Assembly (NCBI GenBank): GCA_963717145.1
Contig: OY970325.1
Coordinates: 4,864,001 to 4,928,000, forward strand
Length of the DNA stretch: 64,000 nucleotides
Origin: an uncultured Armatimonadetes bacterium
Lineage (GTDB): Bacteria; Armatimonadota; UBA5829; DTJY01
Direction of reading: 5' to 3'
The notes beneath the pieces were generated by a model, which was given only the letters and a program-made list of their open reading frames with translations, did not search any database and was not told the origin of the DNA. Of this stretch, positions 1 through 9,889 are shown in pieces. The stretch's first letter is position 1. Each line of letters starts with the position of its first letter. A program made the translations under genes and the position numbers.

Positions 1-1
1 C

Positions 2-1228
2 CTGCACGGCGTCACCCGCCTCATCGGCTCGCAGACCGGCGTCATCTTCGAGGAGATGGGCTTCACGTATCTCGGCCCGATCGATGGACATGATATCGCC
101 CTCATGATGGAGATCCTGCGCGCCGTGAGGACCATGGACGAGCCGGTCGTGGTCCACGTCATCACGACCAAGGGCAAGGGTTACGAGCACGCGGAGAACG
201 ACTCCCGCACGTTCCACGGGACGCCGCCCTTCGAGATCACGAACGGCGAGGCTGAGCCGAGTTCCGGCGGCCAGACGTTCACCGATGCCTTTGCCGATGC
301 CCTGGTCGATCTCGCGGAGAAGGACGAGCGCATCGTTGGAATCACCGCCGCGATGCCGGATGGAACGGGGCTTACCAAATTCTCGGAGAGGTTCCCCGGG
401 CGGTTCTTCGATGTCGGTATCGCCGAGCCGCACGCGGTCACTTTCGCAGCCGGGTTGGCCGCATCAGGCCTTAGGCCGGTAGTGGCAGTCTACTCAACTT
501 TCCTTCAGCGCGCCTACGACCAGATCGTGCATGATGTCTGCCTGCAGAATCTGCCCGTGATCTTCGCCATCGACCGTGCCGGGCTCGTGGGCGAAGACGG
601 CCCGACTCACCACGGGGTCTTCGACCTCTCCTATCTGCGCCATGTACCCAATCTGGTGCTCGCCGCACCGTCGGATGTCATCGAGCTGAGGGCGATGCTC
701 GATCTGGCGGTCGCGCATCAGGGGCCCGTTGCGATTCGGTATCCACGCGGATCGAGCCCGATTCTGCCGAGCCATTCCGATATGAGCGGGCTCTCGATCG
801 GCATGTCGGAGCTGCTGGCGGATGGCGAAGACGTCTGCATCCTTGCGGTCGGCTCGATGGTCCATCCGTCGCTCAAGGCATGCCGGATCCTGGCGGAATC
901 GGGGGTCTCTGCGGCGCTGATCAACGCCAGGTTCGTGAAGCCGCTCGACTCAGAGGCCATCATCAGCGCCGCCCGGAAGTGCCGGCGACTGGTGCTCGTC
1001 GAGGAGAACTCGATCCACGGCGGGTTCGGCTCGGCGGTCATGGAGTTGCTCGCAGAGGCCGGAGTGAGCGGCGCAGAGGTTCGTCAGATCGGTCTGCCCG
1101 ACAAGTTCGCAGTCCACGGCAAGGTATCGATCCTCCGCGAACTCTACGGCCTCGATGCCGAGCACATCGCCGCAGTCGCCGCCGAACTGGTCGGCGCTCC
1201 AATAGCTGCTTCTTCCGAATCGGTCTGA
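2..1228 (+). CDS. dxs: 1-deoxy-D-xylulose-5-phosphate synthase, 5'-truncated by the window edge
   Basis: FEEMGFTYLGPIDGHD, TTKGKGY, ITAAMPDGTGL, DVGIAEPHAV, YSTFLQRAYDQ, DRAGLVGEDGPTHHG; frame is open from base 2. Confidence 0.96.
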   Translation: MHGVTRLIGSQTGVIFEEMGFTYLGPIDGHDIALMMEILRAVRTMDEPVVVHVITTKGKGYEHAENDSRTFHGTPPFEITNGEAEPSSGGQTFTDAFADALVDLAEKDERIVGITAAMPDGTGLTKFSERFPGRFFDVGIAEPHAVTFAAGLAASGLRPVVAVYSTFLQRAYDQIVHDVCLQNLPVIFAIDRAGLVGEDGPTHHGVFDLSYLRHVPNLVLAAPSDVIELRAMLDLAVAHQGPVAIRYPRGSSPILPSHSDMSGLSIGMSELLADGEDVCILAVGSMVHPSLKACRILAESGVSAALINARFVKPLDSEAIISAARKCRRLVLVEENSIHGGFGSAVMELLAEAGVSGAEVRQIGLPDKFAVHGKVSILRELYGLDAEHIAAVAAELVGAPIAASSESV

Positions 1229-1238
1229 AATCCGCATG

Positions 1239-1247
1239 TGGTATAAT
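1239..1247 (+). promoter_or_regulatory. Extended -10 promoter element upstream of the antitoxin
   Basis: TGGTATAAT 20 nt before the ATG at 1268; GAGGTG RBS follows. Confidence 0.5.
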
Positions 1248-1267
1248 GCTGGCAGAGGTGAAATCCC

Positions 1268-1504
1268 ATGGCCATAAGAATCCGCGCCCACTATGACGGC
1301 AAGACGATAGTTCCTGATGAGCCGATCGATGTACCGGTCGATCAGACGTTTGAGGCCGATCTGTATCTTGAGTCGAAAGAGCATGAAAACGATTTCGAGC
1401 GCAGGCGGGCTGCACTGCACAGAATAGCTGCGCGAGGCGTTCGCGGTGTTAGCATCCCGCTTGAGGCCCTTCGCAGAGAGAATCTGTATGAGGATCGTGG
1501 ATGA
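1268..1504 (+). CDS. Putative antitoxin (AF2212/DUF104-like)
   Basis: 78 aa with IRAHYDGKTIVPDEPID N-terminus; ATGA overlap with the downstream PIN gene. Confidence 0.7.
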   Translation: MAIRIRAHYDGKTIVPDEPIDVPVDQTFEADLYLESKEHENDFERRRAALHRIAARGVRGVSIPLEALRRENLYEDRG

Positions 1505-1953
1505 GGCTGCTTGCCGATACCAATATCCTGCTCCGATGGATAGAGAGCGACGATCCCGAACATGGATTGTGTGTCCAGGCAGTCGATGCCCTGCTCCGTC
1601 AGAAGGTCGATGTCTGCGTTTGCGCACAGGTGTTGGTGGAGTTCTGGGTTGTCGCGACACGACCTGTTGCCGTGAATGGCCTGGGGCTGACGGCAAGTCA
1701 GGCACGAGCCCGACTCGCCGAGACCGAGGAGACATTCAGCTTACTTCAGGAGCCATCGGATATAGCGAGACGATGGATCGACCTTGTGACTGCCCATTCG
1801 GTGCTGGGCAAGCAGGCACATGACGCCCGACTTGTGGCGCTCATGGCCGCTCATGATATCACCGAGCTTCTGACATTCAACGCTGCTGACTTCACTCGCT
1901 ATCCCGAAGTCACCCCCGTCACCCCGGCTGACGTGTTGAACCGCACTGCTTGA
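1501..1953 (+). CDS. vapC: PIN-domain VapC-type toxin
   Basis: LLADTNILL, QVLVEF, AHDARLVA and LLTFNAADF PIN motifs. Confidence 0.88.
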   Translation: MRLLADTNILLRWIESDDPEHGLCVQAVDALLRQKVDVCVCAQVLVEFWVVATRPVAVNGLGLTASQARARLAETEETFSLLQEPSDIARRWIDLVTAHSVLGKQAHDARLVALMAAHDITELLTFNAADFTRYPEVTPVTPADVLNRTA

Positions 1954-3550
1954 AGAGATCCACCAACTGCTCCGCCGTCACGAACACGTACTCGTTTCCA
2001 CATTTGTCCACCGCAGACTTGATCACCGACGGGCTGTAGGTCCAACTCAAAGCCATGATGCTGAGGAACCCGGGCCGTGTCGTCGGCGTTGATGCCCGGA
2101 TCTGTGCGGCCAGATACTCCGCCGGGTCGCCCTCAACGAGCCATCGGTTGAGCGTGTGGAATACCGGCGCGCGACCGGAATAGTGGTTCGCCCGGGTCAC
2201 ATCCAGTCCATCGAGCCTGCCGAAATCGGCCAGGATCGCCCGCAGTCCGGGAATGCCGTCCACGTACCGCTTGAACACCTTGCTGTCTTCATACTGGGGT
2301 CTCGCATGCCACGCGTCGGTATGCAGGGACACCATGTCCAGGTCGAGCCGCTTCATGCCGTCGGCGGTCTGATTCATGAACGCCCGCCAGACCTTCTCCG
2401 GATCGGCTACCTTCATGGCGTAGGCATGTGGCATCATATAGCCCACGCCGGACATCGAGCAGAAGAAGTAGTCGTTCGGTGTGGCGTGCTCGTAGTGCCA
2501 CTGAAGCACGTCCGGAAGCAGATCAGCGGTCGCCGGGCCGAGGCACCAGTTCATCGGGAACTTGCCCCGGTTCTCGTCCTGCCAGTGCTTGTACTGAACG
2601 CGCTGCCAGTACCAGGGCGCATCACCCGACTCGAACTGTGTGAGCATGACGTAGACCTTCGACCGATCGAGCTTCAGCCTGGGTGCGTGCTTTTGCCTGA
2701 ACACCTGCGCCGGCACGCGGACGCCGCTGTGCACCGATGCATTGCTCATCCAGTCGCTGACGATCGTGTACTTCGCCGACTCGCCGCCCAGGACCAGTCC
2801 CTGATACTCGGAGATGCCTGCCGCGTGCTCACCGGCGTACCAGAAGCCCAGGACGGGGATGTTGGTCGGCCACTTTGCGAGCGCCGCCCGAATGACCTGC
2901 ATCTCATCATCACTCGCGCCGCGCCGACCCTTGTCGTCCTTGCCGGCGGTCCAGAAGGTGAATATCCTGTGCTGGATCAGGTAGTCCCTGAGCCATGCGC
3001 CACCCGCATAGGGTTCGAGCGAACAGAGCGCGGCTTGGCTCAGCTTCGGGTAGAGGCTCTCGAGCGCCCAGGTGTACGCTTCGGTGTTCTTCTTCCACTT
3101 CCCGCGGAGGTCATGCGTGATCTCGAGCCCCGCACGTTCGGCGATCTCCGGGGTGCAGACCGCAACCTTGTGGACTCCCGAGAGCATGGTGGCAACGTTC
3201 ACGCTCGCGGCCAGATCGGGATCGATGATGACCGCTCCCTTGATTTCGTACCTGAAGAGCCTGGGGAGCGACCATGCATCGACCGGGCGAACGGTCCTGA
3301 TGTAGTTCTTCTCCCTGAGGTAGTCGAGCCAGAACTCATCCTGGCCGGCCTCCTGGCGCAGGAGATAGATGCGTGGCTTGCGCTGTGCGGTGATGCCCTG
3401 GATCGAGCTGAAGAAGATCTGCTCCTGGATGGTCATGCCGCGGGTATCGGCGACATAGAGGGTTCCAGAGGGTGCTACGCCTCTGGGGCAGATGGCGGCC
3501 TTGGATGCCGATGCGCCGACGATCAGGAGGGCGCAGAGAAGTCGTATCAT
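1919..3550 (-). CDS. Secreted GxGYxYP-domain protein (putative glycoside hydrolase)
   Basis: Signal peptide; SIQGIT..KPRIYL, LRDYLIQ, ESGDA, RGKFPMNW, SGVGYMMP. Confidence 0.75.
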   Translation of the reverse strand: MIRLLCALLIVGASASKAAICPRGVAPSGTLYVADTRGMTIQEQIFFSSIQGITAQRKPRIYLLRQEAGQDEFWLDYLREKNYIRTVRPVDAWSLPRLFRYEIKGAVIIDPDLAASVNVATMLSGVHKVAVCTPEIAERAGLEITHDLRGKWKKNTEAYTWALESLYPKLSQAALCSLEPYAGGAWLRDYLIQHRIFTFWTAGKDDKGRRGASDDEMQVIRAALAKWPTNIPVLGFWYAGEHAAGISEYQGLVLGGESAKYTIVSDWMSNASVHSGVRVPAQVFRQKHAPRLKLDRSKVYVMLTQFESGDAPWYWQRVQYKHWQDENRGKFPMNWCLGPATADLLPDVLQWHYEHATPNDYFFCSMSGVGYMMPHAYAMKVADPEKVWRAFMNQTADGMKRLDLDMVSLHTDAWHARPQYEDSKVFKRYVDGIPGLRAILADFGRLDGLDVTRANHYSGRAPVFHTLNRWLVEGDPAEYLAAQIRASTPTTRPGFLSIMALSWTYSPSVIKSAVDKCGNEYVFVTAEQLVDLFKQCGSTRQPG

Positions 3551-3595
3551 GGGGCGATCATAGCATCGACAGAGATGAGAGTCAATGCTGGCAGT

Positions 3596-4834
3596 CTACC
3601 AGTGCTCGGTGGGGAACACGAAGAGGTCCTTGCCGTGAGCTACCCGGATGAGTGGGTAGTGCTTCCCGGCTGGCTTGAAGAGAGACGCCGAGCCGCTGAG
3701 CCTCACCAGTTCACCCTCCTGCCTGTTGCCGATCTCTCCGACCACGCAGACTCCCGGCGATTCCATCCCGCTGTGTCGGCCGAAGCCGTCGTCCACCGTC
3801 ATCCATGAGTAATCGGCAGCCACAGCCGTGACCCTTCCGGTGATCCTCACATCGAGGCCGATGTTGTTCAGGCCGGTGCTCTCGGCGCATCCGACCTGCA
3901 TGCCGCTCGTCGCTCCGCCTCCCACTGCGCGGGTCGTCATGCCCAGCGGACTCGGAGCCGTGTCGGGGACCTGGCTGATGATCTGGAGCAGGTTGACGAC
4001 CCTCTCGCCGTCAGGATTGATGGCAAGAGTGCCGTAGAGGCTGATGGCCCGATCCCTGTAGCCTCCCAGTCCGCACACCGCGATCCCCGCAGACCGATCA
4101 GCCGTCTCGACATTGAACCGGTCAGAATGCTCGCGAGTGACGATCACGCCCGAGAGTAGGACATCTGTCCCAGATGCCGCTGACTTCGCATGTGCCACAT
4201 CATGTTCACGGGCCTCAGTGCACCAGATAACATCATCGATGTTGAAGCTGAAGACCGCTGCCGGATCGTTGTCCGAGAACAACTGCGCCTCCGTGAAGGG
4301 CACTTCCGACGCTATGCCGAGGAAGTAGACATCGTTGCCGTGTCCCAGCGAACTGAGCGGACTGGTGGCGCTGAGGGCTTCGGGCACGGGAACGTTGATG
4401 CGCATCCGCCAGAACGGGATCGCCGGAACGCCGGTCGGGCTCGGATTGCCTATCAGGTATAGCCCGAATGCATAGACAGGTCGAGAGAACGTGAAGGTCA
4501 CCGTGTCGCTGTTCCCGGCCAGGAACTGGTTGTCGGTCTGCGCCCCGAGTGAGTTCGGGGAGCTGTGAGGAGCGAACAGATTGGCGGCGATCGGCGTCAA
4601 ATGTTGCCAGCTTGCTCCATCAGAGGCAAGGCCGTCCGCCAGGATCGATGTGATCCCGCGAATGGACGAATCGGCTCCCGCGGCGAGGTCATCGAAGCTG
4701 ATAGTGTACTGGACATTGAACTCCCCGGTGTCGTGCCGGAACTCCTCGGGGTCGGTATATCCCGCCCGCCCGTACGCGAGGCCGAGCAGTGAAGCGAAGA
4801 ATATCAGAGTCAGTGCGATCGATCGGCATGCCAT
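3596..4834 (-). CDS. Secreted protein with a beta-rich N-domain and an OB-fold-like C-terminal domain
   Basis: Signal peptide; C-terminal AKSA..V..SGVIVT / PLGM..RAVGG / GLNNIGL.VRITGRVT / VDDG pattern. Confidence 0.65.
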   Translation of the reverse strand: MACRSIALTLIFFASLLGLAYGRAGYTDPEEFRHDTGEFNVQYTISFDDLAAGADSSIRGITSILADGLASDGASWQHLTPIAANLFAPHSSPNSLGAQTDNQFLAGNSDTVTFTFSRPVYAFGLYLIGNPSPTGVPAIPFWRMRINVPVPEALSATSPLSSLGHGNDVYFLGIASEVPFTEAQLFSDNDPAAVFSFNIDDVIWCTEAREHDVAHAKSAASGTDVLLSGVIVTREHSDRFNVETADRSAGIAVCGLGGYRDRAISLYGTLAINPDGERVVNLLQIISQVPDTAPSPLGMTTRAVGGGATSGMQVGCAESTGLNNIGLDVRITGRVTAVAADYSWMTVDDGFGRHSGMESPGVCVVGEIGNRQEGELVRLSGSASLFKPAGKHYPLIRVAHGKDLFVFPTEHW

Positions 4835-4850
4835 GTCGGGCCTCCTACGG

Positions 4851-5699
4851 TCAGTTCACAAGGTAGGCGAAGCTGTCCTGATAGACCGTGACAGTGGATC
4901 CGATGCTGTTGAGAATAGTTATGATGCAGATATCACCGTAGACGGGACAGGTGATAGGCATGGTGTTGGCCGACCAATTGACTGTTTTTGCGATCAGGTA
5001 GGCGCCTGACGGTGCGCGGAAGGAGATGCACGCCGTGAGACTTGCGGAAGCTGTATTCGCAACCAGGAGGAGTCTCACCTCATTGTAGCCGGCGCAGTCA
5101 ATCAGTGGTGACGTTCTACTACTACCCGTCGGTATCGATTGATCTGCAGCCCATAGCTGAACCGCTTTGTGCTTCGTGGGAGTATCCACCGCATTGGTTG
5201 TGGCGTCTATCTTCACCGTCGGCGAGTTCGACACGCTGACGCTGGGCGTGTTCGAGACAGTCACGCTCGGCGCGTTGGCGATGTTGACGTTGGGAGTGCC
5301 GTTGATCCCGACGTTCCACGGGCCGCTCTGGGCGACGGCGGGAGTACCGGTCAGTACGACGCTCCATGTGCCGCTCTGCGCCGCCTTCACGGTATTGGTG
5401 GTGGCATCTATCTTCACGGTATTGGTTGTCCCATCGATCTTGACAGTGTTGGTCGTGCCGTCGATCTTCACGGTCGGGCTGTTGGCGACGTTGAAGTTCG
5501 GGGTCCCCATGATGTTCACGTACCAGGCGTCCTTTTGGGTGGCCTGGACGATATTGTTGCCGCTTTCTATGCCCACCAACGGCTTGTTCGTGACCTCGAC
5601 CGGCGTGGTTCGAGATACGGCCCACAGTGGGGTGGCTCCGACCGCCGAAAGAATCGCAAGGCAAGCGATAAGTCGCATATGACGCTCGATGTTATGCAC
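4851..5699 (-). CDS. Secreted Thr/Asn/Val-rich repeat protein
   Basis: Signal peptide; tandem TVKID(G/A)TTN and N(S/T/A)P(T/S)V repeats; AGGAGAGG RBS before the GTG. Confidence 0.7.
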   Translation of the reverse strand: MHNIERHMRLIACLAILSAVGATPLWAVSRTTPVEVTNKPLVGIESGNNIVQATQKDAWYVNIMGTPNFNVANSPTVKIDGTTNTVKIDGTTNTVKIDATTNTVKAAQSGTWSVVLTGTPAVAQSGPWNVGINGTPNVNIANAPSVTVSNTPSVSVSNSPTVKIDATTNAVDTPTKHKAVQLWAADQSIPTGSSRTSPLIDCAGYNEVRLLLVANTASASLTACISFRAPSGAYLIAKTVNWSANTMPITCPVYGDICIITILNSIGSTVTVYQDSFAYLVN

Positions 5700-5891
5700 G
5701 TTCCTCTCCTGATGTGTGACGTGAGGCGCACGGATATTACGGACTCAGCGGTGCAAGAAACATGCCAACCATGTGAAAGTTTGAACAAACCGGCATTCTC
5801 ACCGGGTAGCGTCTTCGGAGTTTTGGCAGACAGGAAACTTCCCGCGTGGTGTCCAACGGTAGCATGACATCTCAACGAAGGAGACATCACC

Positions 5892-7178
5892 GTGGGCAAT
5901 CTGAGAGCAGGTATCGCACGAGCAGTCACCACCCCGCCGGAGGGCATCGACCTCTGCGGATATGCGGGCCGCATTCCCGGCAATGTCGGCGTCCATGACG
6001 ACCTCCAGGCGAAGGCGATCGTCCTCGAAGACGGCAAGACCAGGGCCGCGATCGTCACCATCGATGTCGTCGGCCTCAACGACCAGCAGGTCGCCTGGAT
6101 TCGACAGGAGGCGTCCGACAAGACCGGCATCCCGGAGGAGAACATCCTCGTCGGCGCATCGCACACTCACGCAGGACCGGCCTCCCAGACGATTCGAGCG
6201 TGCGGTAATGCCGTCGAAGGCTACGTCGGCAGCCTCCTGCGCTGGATCGTCGAGGTCATCGACGCCGCGTCGGAGAACCTCAGGCCGGTGAAGTTCGGGT
6301 TCGGCTCGGGGCAGTCGACCATGGCGATCAACCGCCGCCACTCGTCCGGGTCAGCGATCGATCTCGGCGAGAACCCCGAGGGCGCCGTGGACAGCGAGGT
6401 CGGTGTCTGGCACTTCACCGACGAGAGCGGCAAGCCGTTCGCGACCATCTTCAACTATGCGTGCCATGCGGTCGTCATGGGCGGCGACAACCGGCTCGTC
6501 TCGGCGGACTGGCCGGGCGTGACCCAGCGGCTGATCGAGGAGCGGGTCGGCGGCCAGGCGATGTTCCTCCAGGGCTGCTGCGGGAACACCAACCCTCGAT
6601 ATCGTGGCACATTCGAGGAGGTCGAGCGGGCAGGGGGCGAGGTCGCTGAGGCGGTGATCGGCGCGATACCGGGCATCAAGCTCACGGACGACGCCGAGAT
6701 CAGCATTGCGTCTGAGACTGTCGATCTCCCGCTCGAACCGCCGATGAGCCTGGAGGAAGCCGAGAAGACGATGCGCGACGCCGCGGAGAAGCTGGCCCAG
6801 GACATTCCGCTCTGGGAACAGCATATCGAGCAGGCGTATCACGACTGGGCCGAGATCATCATCGCTCGCGACGGCAAGGGCGACGAGAGCGTCCCGTTCG
6901 AGATTCAGCGCTTCACCCTCGATGGCGCGCACCTCGTGGGTCTTCCCGGCGAGGTCTTCGTCGACTATGCGCTCGCCATGAAGAAGATGCGCCCCAACGT
7001 GATGGTCTCCGGCTACACGAACGGCAATGTCGGCTACGTCCCGGCGAAGTACGCCTTCGCGGAGGGCGGCTACGAGGTCGATCTCGCGTATAAGCTCTAC
7101 GCCGAGCAGATGTTCAAGCCCGAGATCGAGGATGTCATCCTCGACGCGAGCGCGAGGCTGCTGGGGAAACACGAATAG
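5892..7178 (+). CDS. Neutral/alkaline ceramidase-like amidohydrolase
   Basis: VHDDLQAKA, ASHTHAGP, NYACHA, SADWPG, QGCCGN, LPGEVF, GYVP..AFAEGGYE. Confidence 0.8.
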   Translation: MGNLRAGIARAVTTPPEGIDLCGYAGRIPGNVGVHDDLQAKAIVLEDGKTRAAIVTIDVVGLNDQQVAWIRQEASDKTGIPEENILVGASHTHAGPASQTIRACGNAVEGYVGSLLRWIVEVIDAASENLRPVKFGFGSGQSTMAINRRHSSGSAIDLGENPEGAVDSEVGVWHFTDESGKPFATIFNYACHAVVMGGDNRLVSADWPGVTQRLIEERVGGQAMFLQGCCGNTNPRYRGTFEEVERAGGEVAEAVIGAIPGIKLTDDAEISIASETVDLPLEPPMSLEEAEKTMRDAAEKLAQDIPLWEQHIEQAYHDWAEIIIARDGKGDESVPFEIQRFTLDGAHLVGLPGEVFVDYALAMKKMRPNVMVSGYTNGNVGYVPAKYAFAEGGYEVDLAYKLYAEQMFKPEIEDVILDASARLLGKHE

Positions 7179-7565
7179 CACGAATGGACGAATAACGGGG
7201 ATAGCAAAACCAGAGAGTGGTCGTCCAAGGCTCTGTTGGCAACCCGATAGGTTATGCGCTTGCGATCACAGCACACGAATGGGCAGGGGAAACACGAATA
7301 GCACGAATGGGCGAATGAGGGGAAATCAAGACCAGAGAGTGGTCATCGGGAACTCTGTTGGTGACCAGATAGGTTATGCATATTCGATAGCGGCACACGA
7401 ATGGGGAAGCGAATGCAGGCCAATCGTATGCCTGGATTCGGACTCTCCATTCGTGTGCTGTTTTCGCGACAGCATAACCCATCTGCCAGCCGATAAGGCT
7501 TCGGATGCGCAATGCCTGGTCTCAATTCCCCCATATTCGTCCATTCGTCTGATTCGTGTTTCCCC
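7163..7565. repeat. Composite element: two tandem ~123-bp units plus one inverted copy
   Basis: GGGGAAACACGAATAGCACGAATGG at 7163 and 7286; inverted copy ending ..ATTCGTCTGATTCGTGTTTCCCC near 7565. Confidence 0.85.
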
Positions 7566-7589
7566 CTGCTCTGTGATATAATGACCGCC

Positions 7590-8405
7590 GTGAAGTTCGC
7601 CATCTGCAACGAGACATTCGAGGGCTGGGAGATCGAGGACATCTTCCGAACCGCGAAGGAGATCGGCTACGACGGAGTAGAGATCGCTCCGTTCACGCTC
7701 GCCGATTCGGTCGAGGAGATCACTCCTTCCCGCCGCAGGGAGATCGTTCAGTCGGCCGTCGACAACGGGATCGAGATCGTCGGCCTCCACTGGCTGCTGA
7801 TGAAGCCTGAGGGGCTCTACATCAACCATCCCGACGCGGAGATTCGTCGGCGCACGAGGGACTACCTCGACGCGCTGATCCGGTTCTGCGGCGACCTGGG
7901 CGGCAAGGTGCTGGTCTTCGGATCGCCGAAGCAGAGGAGCGTGCATCCCGATCTGACCTACGATCAAGCATGGGACTACGCCTGCGAGACCTTCGCCCAT
8001 TGTGCCGATACCGCCGAGGGAGTCGGCGCATACCTTTGCATAGAGGCGCTCGCGAAGCGTGAGACCGATTTCGTCAACACGATCACCGACGCCCTGCGCA
8101 TGGTCCGCGAGGTCGGCCATCCGAGCTTCCGGACGATGATCGACATCAAGGCGATCAGCGACGACGGCCGCCCGCTCCCGGCGATCATCGAGGAGGCGGA
8201 CGGCATGGCGATGCACGTCCACGTGAACGACGCGAGCGGCCGTGGACCGGGGGATGGCGATACGGATTTCGTTCCGATAGGGAAGGCCCTGAAGGGGATC
8301 GGCTACAATGGCTATTGTTCCGTCGAGGTCTTCGACTACGAGCCCGATCCGGTCACGATAGCACGAGACAGTCTGGCTCACCTGAGACGGACATTCGGAG
8401 AATAA
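7590..8405 (+). CDS. Sugar-phosphate isomerase/epimerase (TIM barrel, D-psicose 3-epimerase-like)
   Basis: (M)KFAICNETF, GYDGVEIAP, FGSPKQR, CIEAL, HVHVND, SVEVF; GTG start chosen by similarity to the family N-terminus. Confidence 0.85.
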   Translation: MKFAICNETFEGWEIEDIFRTAKEIGYDGVEIAPFTLADSVEEITPSRRREIVQSAVDNGIEIVGLHWLLMKPEGLYINHPDAEIRRRTRDYLDALIRFCGDLGGKVLVFGSPKQRSVHPDLTYDQAWDYACETFAHCADTAEGVGAYLCIEALAKRETDFVNTITDALRMVREVGHPSFRTMIDIKAISDDGRPLPAIIEEADGMAMHVHVNDASGRGPGDGDTDFVPIGKALKGIGYNGYCSVEVFDYEPDPVTIARDSLAHLRRTFGE

Positions 8406-8489
8406 CTCATACTCATACTCCTACTCATACTCATACTCGATCCGGTTTTTGAGTATGAGTATGAGTATGAGTAGGAGTATGAGTAGGAG
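8406..8489. repeat. Inverted hexamer tandem array (CTCATA)n ... (GAGTAT)n
   Basis: About 5-6 CTC(A/C)TA units, a 12-nt spacer, then about 6 reverse-complement units. Confidence 0.9.
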
Positions 8490-8501
8490 CGGGAGGCTCA
8501 T

Positions 8502-9881
8502 ATGCCCATACGATTCCTGAACACCATGACCCGCGAGAAGGACGAGTTCCGGCCGATCGACGACATGGCGGTCCGGCTCTACACGTGCGGGCCGACGGTC
8601 TACGACTACGCCCATATCGGCAACTGGCGGACCTACCTTTTCGAGGACCTCCTCCGCCGGCACCTCGAGTATCGCGGCTTCGAGGTCAAGCACGTGATGA
8701 ACCTCACGGACGTCGATGACAAGACGATCCGTGGCGCGAACACTCAGCATATCAGCCTGAACGAGTACACCGCGCCGTTCATCGAGGGGTTCTACGCGGA
8801 CCGTGACACGCTGAACGTCCTCCCGGCGCACGTCTATCCCCGCGCGACGGAGCACGTGCCCGAGATGATCGCGCTCATCAAGACGCTCCTCGACAAGGGG
8901 TTCGCGTACAAGGCCGACGACGGCTCGATCTACTTCGACATCTCCAAGTTCCCCGGCTACGGCAAGCTCTCCCACTTCCGCATGGACGAGCTGCGGTCAG
9001 GCGCGCGCGTCGCGTCCGATGAATACGAGAAGGCGCAGGTCTCCGATTTTGCGCTCTGGAAGGCATGGGACGAGGCGGACGGCAGCGTCTTCTGGGAGAC
9101 GGAACTCGGCAAGGGACGGCCCGGGTGGCACATCGAGTGCTCGGCCATGAGCAGCAAGTACCTCAGCCAGCCGTTCGACATCCACACCGGCGGCGTCGAC
9201 AACATCTTCCCGCATCACGAGAACGAGATCGCCCAGTCGGAGGCATCGTGCGGGTGCGCGTTCGTCAACTACTGGATGCACTCCGAGCACCTGCAGGTCG
9301 ATGGCCGCAAGATGAGCAAGTCGCTCGGCAACTTCTACACCCTGCGCGACGTGATCGCCAAGGGGTACGATCCGCTGGCGTTCAGATATCTCGGCATCTC
9401 GGCGCACTACAAGAGCAAGCTGAACTTCACCTGGCAGACGATGGACGCCGCGCAGACGACGATCGACAACCTCTATGATTTCATGGGCCGACTCGATCCA
9501 TCGAAGCCGACCGGGATGGAGGATGCGGTCGAGCGCGCGAAGAACGAGTTCGGAGAGGCGCTCGACGACGACCTGAACAGCCCGGTCGCGCTGGCGGCGA
9601 TCTTCAACCTGATCAGGGAGGTCAACACCCGAGGCGGTGGCGGCAAGGAAGTCTTCGATGCGATGGCTGACTTCGACCGCGTACTCGGCCTCCAACTCGT
9701 CGAGCGCTCGAAGCCGATGACGACGGAGATCCCTCCGGAGATCGAAGCGCTGATGGCCGAGCGCGAGAAGGCCCGCAAGGCGCGTGATTGGGCGAATTCA
9801 GACCGCATCCGCGACGAACTGTCCGCCGCCGGATATATCATCGAGGATACGCCCGACGGCGCTCGGGTGAAGCGGAAGTAG
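8502..9881 (+). CDS. cysS: Cysteine--tRNA ligase
   Basis: CGPTVYDYAHIGN, DFALWK, GRPGWHIECSAM, FPHHENEIAQ, KMSKSLGN. Confidence 0.98.
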   Translation: MPIRFLNTMTREKDEFRPIDDMAVRLYTCGPTVYDYAHIGNWRTYLFEDLLRRHLEYRGFEVKHVMNLTDVDDKTIRGANTQHISLNEYTAPFIEGFYADRDTLNVLPAHVYPRATEHVPEMIALIKTLLDKGFAYKADDGSIYFDISKFPGYGKLSHFRMDELRSGARVASDEYEKAQVSDFALWKAWDEADGSVFWETELGKGRPGWHIECSAMSSKYLSQPFDIHTGGVDNIFPHHENEIAQSEASCGCAFVNYWMHSEHLQVDGRKMSKSLGNFYTLRDVIAKGYDPLAFRYLGISAHYKSKLNFTWQTMDAAQTTIDNLYDFMGRLDPSKPTGMEDAVERAKNEFGEALDDDLNSPVALAAIFNLIREVNTRGGGGKEVFDAMADFDRVLGLQLVERSKPMTTEIPPEIEALMAEREKARKARDWANSDRIRDELSAAGYIIEDTPDGARVKRK

Positions 9882-9889
9882 TTTGGAGT

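Noticed and set aside
2156-3808. Long shadow ORFs (e.g. 2156-3808, 12852-13931, 18719-19870, 20034-21143, 30584-31702)
   Set aside because: They are antisense or alternate-frame overlaps of well-supported genes in GC-rich DNA and contain no motifs.
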